This document shows positions 12,497 to 25,009 of a stretch of 64,000 bases of DNA, one piece after another. The notes under the pieces are model-generated. The model was given only the letters and a program-made list of their open reading frames with translations. It searched no databases and was not told where the DNA came from. A program made the position numbers and the translations under genes. This stretch comes from Felis catus (Eukaryota): contig NC_058373.1 of assembly GCF_018350175.1 (NCBI RefSeq), positions 105,960,001 through 106,024,000 on the forward strand. Direction: 5' to 3'. Each line of letters opens with the position of its first letter. Positions within the stretch are counted from its first letter, which is position 1.

Positions 12497-12693
12497 GGAT
12501 GGCACCTGGGTGGCTCAGTTGGCTAAGCCTCTGACTCTTGATAGTGGCTCAGGTCATGATCTCAGTTTGTGGGATCGAGTCCTGTGTCGGGCTCTGTGCT
12601 GATAATGTGGAGCCTGCTTGGGATTGTCTCTCTCCCTCTCTCTGCCCCTACCCCCCTCTAAATAAGTAAACATTAAAAAAAAAGTTAAAAAAT
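12497..12693 (+). mobile_element. CAN-SINE (SINEC)
   Basis: ggcacctgggtggctcagttgg head, CT tract, A tail. TSD taaaatgaggttggg / taaaatgatgttggg. Confidence 0.93.
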
Positions 12694-13593
12694 AAAATGA
12701 TGTTGGGCGTGTATATATATATATGTATATGTGCGTGTGCGTGTGGGAGGGTGTGATTTTTTGGATAGCTGCCTATTTATTACACCCATTGCAAATTGCC
12801 TATGCATTTTATTATGCCTCTATTTCATAGATTTGCACCCCCCCTCAACAAAAGATTTTAGGTTTAGCCATTTCAAGGGTCAATTTCATATCACCGTGAA
12901 GTATTGATATACTTTAAGATTAGAGTAACAGTTGATGTGTTGTCTGTTGGCTACCCTATTATGTAATTTCTACAGTAATTAATGTATTTGGCTTAATTAC
13001 TTCAATTGGAACTTAAAGAATTGAATTCTAAATCTATACATAATGTATTTCTTTTGACTTACTGTGGTCCAGCCATGACTTGGGTTGAGAGTTCATAATG
13101 CCTTCCCATATTCCCCCAGATAGGAGTTTCCTGCAGTTTAAAAATGTTCTAAGCAGATATTTGTTCATCTGGCATTGTGTTTGACCTGGTCTTGGGAGAA
13201 AGAAAACTGTCTGAAAAAGGCTGGTTCTTATGTGGTGGGGGGCAGAAAACTGGTTCCTCCTAATCTGTATATGTGCCTTTTTTGTTACTGGCCCCAGTGA
13301 ACTCAGAGAGGCAGACTGTGTGATCTGCCAGGTCTCAGGATTAGCTCCCTGTGAGTGTCTGTGACTGATTTCGAAGGCATCAGTCACCACAGCATTTCAT
13401 ACAGCTACCTTCAACCTGAGTACTGTAAGTGGGTTTATCTGTGTTAGATTTTATCCAGTGTAAATCCAGTGTTATTCGATAAACGAAAATCATCCTTTTG
13501 TCTCTATGTGACATTTTCACCTTTGAGGTCTTCTGAATACGTCATTGTTATGAGAGGTCTGAGGTTTGATTCTTCTAAATAAAATATGTTCTT

Positions 13594-13790
13594 TGCTGTC
13601 CAGTATGGCAGCGAGTAGCCATATGTGACTATTTACATTCTAATTAGTTACAATTAATTACAAATTGCATTTGTCCGTCACACTAGTCACATTTCAGACC
13701 TCCACTAGCCACACATGGCTAGTGGCTACTCTTTGGGAAAGTGCAGAGATAGAACACGTCCATCACCACGGAAAGTTGGCTGACTGTAGA
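13594..13790. mobile_element. MER3/MER33-like hAT MITE
   Basis: tgctgtccagtatggcagc...tagccacacatggctagtggctac...agatagaacacgtccatcac. Confidence 0.75.
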
Positions 13791-15935
13791 CTTTTCTCTA
13801 TCCTATAAAATCCAGGCAAGACATTAATCACGGCAAAGAGGTAAATTCAGGTGCTGGTCAACTGTTGCTGCTTATTCCTAGCCTAAAATGAGAGAAGTAA
13901 CAGGATGTGTCATTCATGCTTTACTTGTTTCTGGGCAGTGTTTCCTTACTATGGAAATACTTTGGTTTCCAAAGGGCTGTGTATGTCCAGTAATCAGACT
14001 TGCTCATATTCCAGTGCAAGTTAGACGTTCTGAAACAATATATAAATACATTACTGTTTGCCATCCCTTACATTAGAAATGAGATCTCTAGCTCCATTTC
14101 CAGGAGTAAGTTGTAGGTAAATTAAAATTTTACCAAGATAGGGTTGTCACTATTGGCCTGTTTCCTAAATGGCGCAGGTATACAGGCTTTGTCTCGGGCG
14201 GGGGAGAGTGGTTAGGTTTCATTTTGGTTTAAATTTACGTCTATTGGCTTTGTTGTTAGGAGATATTTTTAAGACTGGATATTTGTTAACCGTATTTATC
14301 CACCTTGAAATTCGAATTCACAAGCTATAAATTTATGAACAGAAGAATTGGGTGTAAGTCCTCCCCTCCTTTACCCTTCCACATATGACTATTAAGTTCT
14401 TGCTGCTTTTGTGTAACTGATATCCAAGGGTTGAGACTGCATACAAGCCATAGAACATGGACATACAACATGTTAGCTCTCCAGGAAGGTTCTGGTAAAT
14501 GGACAGAGAAGTGGCAATTAACTGAAAGACCTTTCCTAGCTAATGTGAACCATTCTTTCTTTAATTTTCATTATCTTGAATAATTCCCAATTGCTTGAGA
14601 ATATATACCTGTGTTCTTTCTAATGTGTGCATTTGGTGGTGATGGTGTATACACCAAAATTATATCTAAATTCCTCTTAGGGCAAGGGTGTGATACTGAA
14701 GAGGAATTTAACACGTTCTACCACCAGCTCCCCCACCCCCATCACCAGCCTATTTTCAGAAACATTGTAGGTGAGGTTATGTGAATTTTTATTTTACTTT
14801 TTTATAAATAATATTTTCCCAAGGGCTGGAAAAACTCCATAGCAAGTAGCTAGCTCTTGGCATAACCCCTTGGGGAAACCATTGCTGTGCCATGGTGTGA
14901 GGATCCTGGTTCTTGTTCTCTGCTATCTTCTGGGACAAGCAAGAGCACTTTTTATTCAGGTTCAGCACTTCAAGATGTAGCTTTTATATTCTCTCTTTCA
15001 TGAAGAATCACTTATTTTCTTTATTCTTTTGTTTCATGCCTGCTTATCTATCATTGGAAGCACTTTCTTTTTCTTAAGCCCATGGTAAATTTGTATATAT
15101 CATCTATACATACATCATAGTAGAATACTTTTTCTTCCAAGAATAGAACCTGGGCTAACATGTAGAAAACTGGAATTGCTACTCTTTAGAACTGGATCTT
15201 AGATCTGGTTAAAAATAAATGAAATGAAATGACATGAAATAAAAAAATAAAATAAAATAATAAATTAGTGTCAATGTCTTTCATATATTCATGAATATGT
15301 AAACACATAACGTTTGGTTTGAACATGAACTTGGCTGTCATGTGTTGTGATTCATTGAGTGCTTCCTCTAGCTTCTTGTTCTCAGGGCCTTGCTTTTCTA
15401 GTATTCCTTTGGTGCCCGCTCCTTTGCCTCAGGGACCTTAGCACTGCATCTAGCCATGCTGTTATTCATTCTTAATTGTGGGCCAACATCTTGCTCCAAA
15501 TGCATACATTTACCTTGGCTGGGTGTTAGCCATAGATTATGTTTGGACCCAAGAGTGATTCCTGCTGTGGATGTAACTTTTAAAAACACAGAATGTCATC
15601 TATATTGCCCATTACTGAGCCACGTTGAAAAGTATTGTCTTGCATTTAGTTCTGGATTTTAAGCATTTGATCCACATTTCAAGCCTCTCCTTCTGTGATT
15701 TTGTTTTACCAGAAGGTTCTGGCAGGAGATAGAATGATTTGGAGAAGAGATTCATGGAAGTCAGAGAATCGATGGCTCTATTCTCTGGAAGTCATGGAAC
15801 TGGACTAATTTTAAGCTTCTGAAAGGGAAGGGCAATAAGTTTATTACCTATATTAACCTGTAAGTATTTAATTATAGCACTTAGCCTATAATTGACTGAT
15901 CGATTAACTCTAGAGCAAACATGCTCAGTGTGGTG

Positions 15936-16157
15936 TTTTTTTTTTTTTTTTTTTCATTTTTAAAGTTTATTTATTTTGAGAGAGGAGGGGGAAGGACAGA
16001 GAGAGAGGAGAGAGAAAATCCCAAGCAGGCTCCGCGCTGTCAGTGCAGAGCCCCATGTGGGGCTCCATCTCACGAACTGTGAGATCTTGACCTGAACCGA
16101 AACCGAGAGCCGGTCACTTAACCGACTGAGCCACCCAGGCTTAACCGACTGAGCCCC
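15936..16157 (-). mobile_element. CAN-SINE (SINEC) with duplicated 5' A-box segment
   Basis: Antisense SINEC; cttaaccgactgagcc occurs twice (16117-16132, 16140-16155). Confidence 0.93.
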
Positions 16158-16795
16158 TGTGTTTTGTTTTTGTTAATATTTAAGTGCTAAAATTGAATAT
16201 TGTGTATCAGAGATGTTTGCCTAGTTTTGAACGATGATCTGGCTTATTACATGGTTTCTTTATTAACCACACTCATTATTGTTTCCAACGATACTTACAG
16301 TGAGTACATTAATGATAATTAATAGCTTTCATGATGAAGCCAAAAAATGAATGTGGTTAGTGAAGCAACACTGCTGAAACTGTTTTCTCCCCCACTAACA
16401 CAGGGTAGGGCGTGGGCTCTTTCTTTCCCAGTGCTTCCCTTCTCTAGCTTACTCCACAGATTTATTAGCTCCATTTCTTCCGTTACCTGTGAGGACCCCT
16501 GGGAGTAAATACAGTGTGGTTCTAAATTCTGGATTTGTCAGGGTGTGCAGTTGAGTACTGGGTTTGTTGGGCAGCGATCTTGATTTGAGCCTCCTTGGGC
16601 CAGCTTTGCCACCTCTAGCTCTATGATTCTGGGCAAGGTTTGATCTAATTACCTCTTTTGGAGAATGTGTATTAATGATACCTGGCTTCCCTGCCTGCTT
16701 AGAGAGGGCTTGTGAAGATCAAAGGAGAAACAGTACATGGAGTCATTTGCACAGTACTATAAAACGTACGATCTCACTATTAAAAAGGGCAATTA

Positions 16796-16995
16796 GGGTC
16801 CCTGGGTGGCTCAGTCCGTTGACTGTGTGATTTCAACTCAGGTCATGATCTCACAACTCGTGAATTCGAGCTCCGCGTCGGGCTCACTGCTGTCAGCACG
16901 GTGCCTGCTTCGGATCCTCTATCCCCTTGTCTGTCTGCTCCTTCCCCACTAACGCTCTGTCTCTCACAAATGAATGAACATTTATTTTTAAAAAA
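16796..16995 (+). mobile_element. CAN-SINE (SINEC)
   Basis: gggtccctgggtggctcagtccg head to degenerate A tail. Confidence 0.92.
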
Positions 16996-17566
16996 TAGTA
17001 AATTGCCTGTGTATTGATATTTCTACTAATTGAACCCTCTTCTTCATGTGTTAAGAAACACAAGCCTGGGCATTGGGGCAGCTAAAAACAACTGCAAGGA
17101 ATCCAATGGAATATATGCTCAAAATGTATTTTAGTTGCCTGGTGATGATATTTTTGCATTTGAATTATCAATGTGGTACTTGTTATTTTTTTCCAGTAGT
17201 TTGAGAATGGAGCTTGGAACATTTTTCACTGGAGTCCATTTGGTAGACTGTCCCCTGGGACATTCATCTTAGTGGAACAGTATTGAACTAATGCCTACTT
17301 TCTTGGTTTGCTGTTCTCTGGGCTGACTTGGTTTGTACCTCTGGAAGATCATAGGGAAGCCACCAACTAGCACCAAAGTCTCTACTTTATTCTTTTTCTT
17401 TTAGTTGTTGCATTGGAATTATTTTGAATGTAAGCAAGAGAAACTAAACTTAGGCAAAAAGAAAAAGAAAAAAAAAGAATTCTCCTGAAGAATATGAGGT
17501 AGCCCTTATACCTACAGGAAAGCTGGAAAGCACAGGTACCTGTGGAGATTTAGAATTCTGGGGAGA

Positions 17567-17780
17567 GGGGCACCTGGATGGCTCAGTTGTTTAAGTGTCT
17601 GACTTCGGCTCAGGTCATGATCTCACGGATCATGGGTTCAAGCCCTATGTTAGTCTCTGTGCTGACAAGTGAGACCCCAGAGCCTGCTTCAGATTCTGTT
17701 TCTCCTCTCTCTCTGTCCCTCCCCTGCTCGTTCTCTCTCTCCCCGCCCCCCCCCCCAAATAAACATTAAAAAATATATAA
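17567..17780 (+). mobile_element. CAN-SINE (SINEC)
   Basis: ggggcacctggatggctcag head, CT/C tract, aaataaacattaaaaa tail. Confidence 0.93.
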
Positions 17781-17955
17781 AGGGGCTCCTGGGTGGCTCA
17801 GTTGGTTAAGCGTCCAATTCTTCTTTTCAACTCATGATCTCACGGTTTGTAGGATAGAGCCCCATATGGGGCTCTGTGCTGACAGCACGGAGCCTGTGCT
17901 CTCTCTCCTTCTCTCTCAAAATAAACATTAAACAAAAAAAAAGAAATAAAATAAA
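17781..17955 (+). mobile_element. Second CAN-SINE directly behind the tail of the first
   Basis: ggggctcctgggtggctcagttggttaagcgtcc head; internally deleted; A tail. Confidence 0.9.
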
Positions 17956-19039
17956 ATTCCAGAGAGAAAGCCTGCTTTGCCTATCCTAGGTCTTTGCTCA
18001 GCATTGACACATTTTTCATGGGGTTGGAGGGGTAGGGGCTGTGATCCCAAGAGTGCAAGGAATAGGGATAGGTGATTCCGTATAAAATCTGTGTGCTAGA
18101 TAGGCAAAAATGACACTAGCTTTCAGCAAGATTCTCAGTTCTCTGAAATTGGGTGGGAGGGGGAGAACTTAACATCCTTTGTCCATGTATCTGCCAGCAT
18201 GGGTTAAACCCCCCTTTTACTAATAAGAGAATTGGAAGTTGAGAAACAGCAAAGGAGGAAGGTATCTTCATTAGAAAGGGAGGCACTTGTCCTGCAAATA
18301 CAATACAAGGGCCCTTGCCCTAGAATCTAGGGATGGGCCATGGCACTCAGTAGCAATAGCATTCCTGTATCATTTTCAGGGCCACCATGTGTCTACTTAG
18401 GGTGGCCCTGGCCAACTCCACCAACAGAAAGTAGTGTGAATGGTGCCCCTGGAGTTCTACAAAGCCATGGTCTCTGGTCTTGTTTCTATTAGATTCTTTT
18501 TTCACTTCTATATTTTAATAAAAAAAAAATGTTCAGCGTAGGTCTGTAGAATTTTCAGTGAAACAACTAAGTACTTGAGTCAAAATATTTATTTCCCCGT
18601 AGTCTAATTAATATATGAAATACTTTTAACATATGTTCTAATTTTAGCTTCTAATTCTTTATATGGACTCCATTATAAATACACTGGGTACTTTATGAAC
18701 CACCATACAGAAATGGGTTTATATATGAGCAGGAAAGGTGTGGTGTGCCTTTCATTTCCTTCCTTCTGTCCCTCACTCCTGAAAATGTGCTTTTAGTGAA
18801 AGAGAGGGAAGTTTCTCCTTTTCCATTATAGACTACCTATGTAGGTCACTTTCTTGTTTTTTAAATTGTTTAACCGAAACAACTGGCCATGAGATTGAGA
18901 TCTAGGTTTGTGTGAAGGTCTTGATGGACTTGTTTGGGATGGCTAGGTATCAGAGGTGTGATTTGCAAGTTTAATGTGTTCCAACTCTGAACATCCCTGT
19001 AAGTGTCCATCCTATGCTGCATAAAGTATGCAAAAAAAT

Positions 19040-19132
19040 TATGTATGTATACATGTATGTAGGTATGTATATGTATGTATGTATATCCGTATATACGGAT
19101 ATGTATGTATGTATGTATATCTGTATATACAG

Positions 19133-19172
<40 letters not shown>
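19040..19172. repeat. Compound microsatellite (TATG)n-(TG)n
   Basis: Directly visible. Confidence 0.95.
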
Positions 19173-19174
<2 letters not shown>

Positions 19175-19251
19175 CCTTCCAAGGATCTAATGTTTCCCTT
19201 GATGTGAGTTAGGTATTAAGATGTTTTACCTAGAGACAGCATCAGCTTATC

Positions 19252-19404
19252 ATATATATATATGATATATGATATATGATATATGATATATGATATATGA
19301 TATATATATGATATGATATGATATATGATATATATGATATATATATGATATGATATATATGATATATGATATGATATTATACACACACACACACACACAC
19401 ACAC
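19252..19404. repeat. Compound microsatellite (GATATAT/GATAT)n-(CA)n
   Basis: Directly visible. Confidence 0.95.
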
Positions 19405-20060
19405 GAAGGTTTGCACATGGGCCTGGATTCTTGGGAGGTTATCTATAACCACATACTTGTGCAGATTTCCCCAGTGTCCCAGACCAAATTTGGTGCTCCT
19501 GAGCACAATTAGGAGAAATTGTTCGCACTAAAATTCTTCCACTGAAATTTGACTGTCCTTAAGGGCAGAAATGGGGTCTTATTTTCCGTGATGCCGCCAC
19601 TGCTGGGCACCCATGTGCACACCCAGGACTATCGGGTGGTACTTGTTGCTCCTGAGGCAGGCTTTCGCAGTGGGACTTCGTGACTTCTTATGCCCAGTCA
19701 CTACCACCAAGCTCTATCTTTACTTTGTACTGAAATAGTCAGAGTAGGACCATTATTCCTGTGTGACCAAAGGACAGACTCCTATGCCTTCTATATTATG
19801 CTCTTTATATAGTGAAATAGGATCCTTTGGTACTCCATTTCTTTCTTTTTTGCACTACCATTGTAGTTATCTAATTTTAAAGTGTGGGGGAACAAAAGTA
19901 CGGCTGTCTTTTTCTAACTGCCATTGGGGAAAAGATTGATTTCAAACAGGGGCAGCACAGAGCATAGGATGTGATTACTAGTAGTTACCCCTTAAATATT
20001 TTTTTGAAGAAGTGCTAGAATTACATATGTCAACCCACAAGTTGTTTTGTATTTTTAGCA

Positions 20061-20091
<31 letters not shown>

Positions 20092-21066
20092 GTTTTAAGG
20101 GGGAAAAAACCCACCCTAGGCAGTGATACTGAAATCTTTTAAATTTGTGGCGTGATAGGAAAATGTAATCACAGTGTCAACATTCTGTCATCTTCTATTC
20201 ATCTTTCTTTATGGAAAAAAATAATTATAGTGGTTCTCACACAATTCCAAGGATCTAATGTTTCTTGTGACATAAGTTAGGTATTAAGATGTTTTATCTG
20301 ACAATATCAGCTTATCATGGAATTTAGAAGTGACATTCTTGCCCATTACTGGCCTTTGTGTCCCCCTTGCCCCCCCCCCCCCCCCCCCCCCCCGCAAGAG
20401 AAAACTAAGGGAAGGAGAAATTGCATTTTTACTATTGGTCAAATATGGTTTAGAGCATCACTTTACTTGATAATATCTGGAAATTCACTTAACTCAAACG
20501 GTTTTGTCTTCCCACACATTTCAAATAAATGCTAACAGGAAAATACCTCTGTAGAAGCAGAAGGGTTATTTTTAGATCGTGCTCCTATATTTGGGCTTCA
20601 TTACTCAGATTTTTTTCCCCCAGGGCCAGGGTCATATTTATGTAGGCTGTGCTTGATGGCTTTTCCTTATCCTTGTCTTTACTCAAGAACCACCTGGAAG
20701 CCAGCACACTCAGTACACATGTTCTTTTGTAATCTGAATAAATCCTGTCTTCCTTGCCTACCTTTTCCCTCCGTCCTTCCCCTAAGTGTTGTAGATCAAA
20801 CGGTTACTTTGTTTTAGACTTAACTCTAGTTTTAAGTAACTTATTTTTTCCTAGTTGCAAGTAGCAGTCCATTGGTAGAATGAATACCCTCCCCTTTTCT
20901 CCTCTGAATTCTAAAACCTTAATTTTTTTATCGATTTTTTTATGTTATATTACATTTAGAAAATGTTAGAGAATTCATGTGATAAGATTTTTTCTAATGA
21001 GGATTATATTATGAGGATTGTAGCTGTGATGAGCCAACAAGTATTGAAGCTAAGAAACATTTAGTG

Positions 21067-21287
21067 GGGGCGCCTGGGTGGCGCAGTCGGTTAAGCCTCC
21101 GACTTCAGCCAGGTCACGATCTCACGGTCCGTGAGTTCGAGCCCCGCGTCAGGCTCTGGGCTGATGGCTCAGAGCCTGGAGCCTGTTTCCGATTCTGTGT
21201 CTCCCTCTCTCTCTGCCCCTCCCCCGTTCATGCTCTGTCTCTCTCTGTCCCAAAAATAAATAAATGTTGAAAAAAAAAATTTAAAAA
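21067..21287 (+). mobile_element. Young felid CAN-SINE (SINEC_Fc-like)
   Basis: ggggcgcctgggtggcgcagtcggttaagc head with intact CpGs. Perfect TSD aagaaacatttagtg (21052-21066 / 21288-21302). Confidence 0.97.
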
Positions 21288-21357
21288 AAGAAACATTTAG
21301 TGGACTGGTTTAAAAGATTCCTCACAGGGTGTTTCTTTCTTTTCCTTTCCTTTCCGT

Positions 21358-21490
21358 TTTTTTTTTTTTTTAACGTTTTATTTTTTGAGAGAGAGTGTGA
21401 GCCAGGGAAGGGCAGAGAGAGAGAGAGAGAGACGGAGATACAAAATCTGAAGCAGGCTCCAGGCTGAGGCAGCAGAGCCCAACATGGGCC
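21358..21490 (-). mobile_element. Truncated CAN-SINE (3' half)
   Basis: Poly(T), (GA)n, aatctgaagcaggctccaggctg; head missing. Confidence 0.85.
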
Positions 21491-22679
21491 TTTGCGTTGG
21501 GGCATAGGTAGCCATGGTGATTTTCCTGCCTATAAATAGTTCACTAGGTTGAAATGAATACCAAACAAGTTTCTCCCCCACCACCCATTTTAATAGCAGA
21601 ATGTGTGAGACAATGGAACAGCATTGGAGTAAATTTAGTGCTGTCAGTTTATTGGTATAAACTGTAGTGGATTTTGACATTTAAGGCCCATTAACTTTCT
21701 TTCCCTTGCAAATGGAATTTCAGCTGAGATGTAGATAGGGCAACCCACATGACAAATCCATTATTTCTCTGTGAAACAGCAGGTATCAGGGTGGGCCTCC
21801 TACCATTTCCTTACAAATAAGTCCCCAACGGGGCCACAGTGGAATTAGACTTAGGTAGTAGTCAACTTGGGAGTCTGACTGGGGTAGTATACTGACTAGC
21901 GTAGCTGGAAGCTAACATTGCAGCTAAGCAAGCAGGGTGGTGGTGGTGGTGACAGGGGGGTTGAGAGTACTTATTTTCAAAGAAGGGTCCCCTTGCCCAA
22001 GGAGATAGTAGTGTTCCATGGGGTAACAGGGAGCCTCTTCCTGGGGCTGAGTTTCTTTCTATCCAAGCAATATACACTTAAAAAAACAAAACAGATATTC
22101 AATTGACCAGAGACTTCTAAGTCATATTTAAGAAGCATTGTTCTGTGGCAGGTGGGACTCCTTCCATCATCCTGTTGACAGAATTAAAAGTTTTCTCTCT
22201 TGCACAGCTGTATACTTGCTGTCAACATGTCTTTTGCTGCTTATAATGATGTAGAGGTTAAGATAGATCAAATTCAAATGTTTCTAGCAGGTAGGTAATG
22301 CAACTGAGCATGGGAAGGAAAGCAGTCATTCGTTTTGCATATTAAACACAGAAGAATCTTCATGTCCACTTGTCTCCATTTTTCTTTGGACATGTGGCTT
22401 ACTGTCTTCTATTTACCACTTTTGATAGAAATGCAAGCCTGAGAATTATTTTACCTTCCTCCTAATTCTTTTATGAGGAAACAAAATGCAAGCAGTAATG
22501 ATGAAAAAATGGCAGCTGGCCCCTCGTCTTGGTGTTGGAGAAAGAGTAGGGAGTCCTGGGACCATGGCAAACTGTGTGTCAAATTGTCGTTGCTTGGGAA
22601 CGAAAGTTCTGTGTTAATAGGATATCCAACTATTGGGCAATTAATAAAACTGTATTTTAAAGCGTTATTACTTTTTAAG

Positions 22680-22920
22680 GAGACTGTTTGGTCTAGTGGT
22701 TAAGAGTTTGGCTCTGGAACCAGACAGCCAGAGTTCAAATCTCAGTTCCACCATTTATCAGCTATGCGACTTTGGGCATTAGACCTAATCTTTAATTCTC
22801 AGAGCCTCACTGTAAAACAGTGCCAATAATAAAAGCCACATCATAAACTTGCAGTTAGGACTTGATGAAAAGAACTCAGTGCCTGGCATATAGTAAATGC
22901 TTAACAAACATTAGCTGCTA
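22680..22920 (+). mobile_element. MIR
   Basis: tagtggttaagagtttggctctggaaccagac...gttcaaatctcagttccacc...gtgcctggcatatagtaaatgctt. Confidence 0.75.
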
Positions 22921-22999
22921 CCATGGGATTAGTCAACACTGAGTAGGTCTCAGAAAGTGTGTCTGTGGACCACCAACAGGCAACTTCTGTTGCATGTAG

Positions 23000-23225
23000 A
23001 TTTGGAGCCATCTGCCTTTGGATCTAGGTGCTGCCATTTGCCAGCCGAGTATTTTGGGGCAATTATATAACCCCTCTGAGCATCTGTCTCTGGTCAGTTG
23101 TAAGCGTGGCACAATGGGACCTATTTCAGGGTTTAGTGAGGATTCAGTGAGGTAAAACGTGAAATGATTGGTGCATTTGATGAGCGTACTGCTTATTGAG
23201 CACCTAGTAAAGTGTCCACCACCCT
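23000..23225 (+). mobile_element. MIR
   Basis: ggagccatctgcc...gggcaattatataacccctctgagc...gtgaggattcagtgagg. Confidence 0.6.
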
Positions 23226-23710
23226 GAAGGTTACTACTATTTTATGCCTGCTTTATGGTGAGGAAACTGATTGCAAGTTAATTCTCTGGGGAAGTTGTCT
23301 GCTGGTTCTTCTCTGGCTTTGCTGCTGCTTTTGGAGGTTCACGCTTCAGCATACTTTCCAGCACTGCTCTTCTATGGCCTGTTCAAGTCTGCTTATGAAC
23401 GTCTATGCCATACCCGTCATCACACAGTGTTCACCAGTGAGGGGACCTTGTTCTGCAGATCTGTGCCTCATTACATCTTAGTGAAGGCCAGTTGGTTGTC
23501 ATCCCTCCAGAATATCCTATAACTACTCGTGCTTCGTAAATTTGGCCGTTCGCTGAGAGTCATGGTTTTATCAGAGCACCTCTGTCTTGGCCTTTCTTCC
23601 GAATGCTCTTGACTTCTTATATTTTGGGATCTAAAAACGGAACGTTGTTTTTTCAGATTCATAAATCCCTTAAAAAATTTGAAAGGGAAAGGGCATTAAG
23701 AGAGGAGATT

Positions 23711-23937
23711 GAGGGACCCTTGGGTGGCTCAGTTGGTTAAGCATCCGACTCTTGATTTCAGCTCAGGTTATGATCTCATGGTTTGTGGGTTTGAGTCCTG
23801 AGTCAGGCTCTGCACTGGCAGTGTGGAGCCTGCTTGGGATTCTCTCTGCTCCCTCTCTCTCTGCCTCTCCCCTGCTCTCGAGTGTTGTTCTCTTTCTGTC
23901 TCTCAAAGTAAATAAACAAATATTAAAAAAAAAAAAG
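23711..23937 (+). mobile_element. CAN-SINE (SINEC)
   Basis: Head gggtggctcagttggttaagcatccgac, CT tract, A tail. Confidence 0.93.
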
Positions 23938-24559
23938 ATTGATTTTTGTGGCTATTCAGCAATACGTTGAAATTCTCTACAGTGAAACAGTCCTCCATTT
24001 ACTTTGACGATGGCAAACCAAGCCATATGGTATATCTTTCCAGACTTTCAAGGAATATTACGTTTTGTCCAAACCAGCCAACTGCTTTGAAAGATTTCTG
24101 GTGGAACATGCACACAGCTGCTACTCAGAGATGGTGAGGAGACAGACCTCACTTCTTTGAATGAATAGCCTAGTAGACTTGGGAAAATAGGCTTAATTAT
24201 GCTTAATAACGGGAAATTCTCTTTCTTTTAAAAAAAATCCCATTTGAAATGGTCACTTTATGTCTTTGCAATGAGAACAGTCAGTCTTTTTTTGGGTGGG
24301 GGGGGTTGCGGTATATGCAGGGAGAGGGAGTAATTACTTCCTTAGCAGAAACTGTCTCTAACAAAGTGTTCTTTCTTAGGCTGCTAGACATTTGAGCTTC
24401 AGGTAATTTTCAGCAGATCCAAAGGAAGAAGTTGTGGCAAAATGAAGTAGCCAAAGCAATCCTTATACTCTGATTAGTTTTTTTTTTAATCTAGTAGTGT
24501 TTATTAATACCTAAGCAGCTGAAGATGGAAATTTACTAGTATCATGATTTTGCTCATTA

Positions 24560-25005
24560 CTCATCATACATGGTCCTTGCTGACCCCTTGATTTTACCTT
24601 GTGCCTCTTCAGGTGCACTAGTCACCTTTTTGTTTTTTGAGCAGGCCTAGCATTTCTTGCCCTGGAGCCTTTGTTATTCCCTCTGCCTGGGTCAGTCTTC
24701 AGATTTTTGCATGTTTGGCCTCCCACCATTGAAATGTCAGTCCCAGTGGCGTCTTCTGAGCTGTCGTCCTCATGATTTTGCATCTCCTAAAGAATCACCA
24801 CCCTTCAGAATCCTTGACTGCTGTCTCTATATATCCTGTTTTATCTACCTGGAATTAAAGTAGTTATGTTTGTCTGTCTCCTCTCACTAGAATATCACCT
24901 CCAAAAACACAGGAGCCTCATCTTTCCAGTTGATTAATGGGTTTCCAGCCCCTAGAACAGCTTCCAAAGATGGTTAATATATACTTGCTAAATGAATGAA
25001 TAAAT
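24560..25005. mobile_element. L2 3' fragment
   Basis: gcctttgttattccctctgcctgg...tgtctgtctcctctcactagaat...aaatgaatgaat tail. Confidence 0.65.
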
Positions 25006-25009
25006 TCTT

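Larger units (their letters stand above)
17400..18120. mobile_element. Probable MaLR (MLT1-like) LTR relic, interrupted by SINEs
   Basis: ttttgaatgtaagcaagagaaactaaacttaggcaaaaag start; gataggtgattcc...gataggcaaaa end. Confidence 0.4.

Noticed and set aside
19040..20318. CRISPR-like or other repeat-spacer array
   Set aside because: This is eukaryotic intron sequence with only two copies of the unit and no regular repeat-spacer periodicity.
21067..21150. tRNA-like A/B boxes as tRNA genes
   Set aside because: They are SINE heads followed by a CT tract, A tail and TSDs; no complete cloverleaf.
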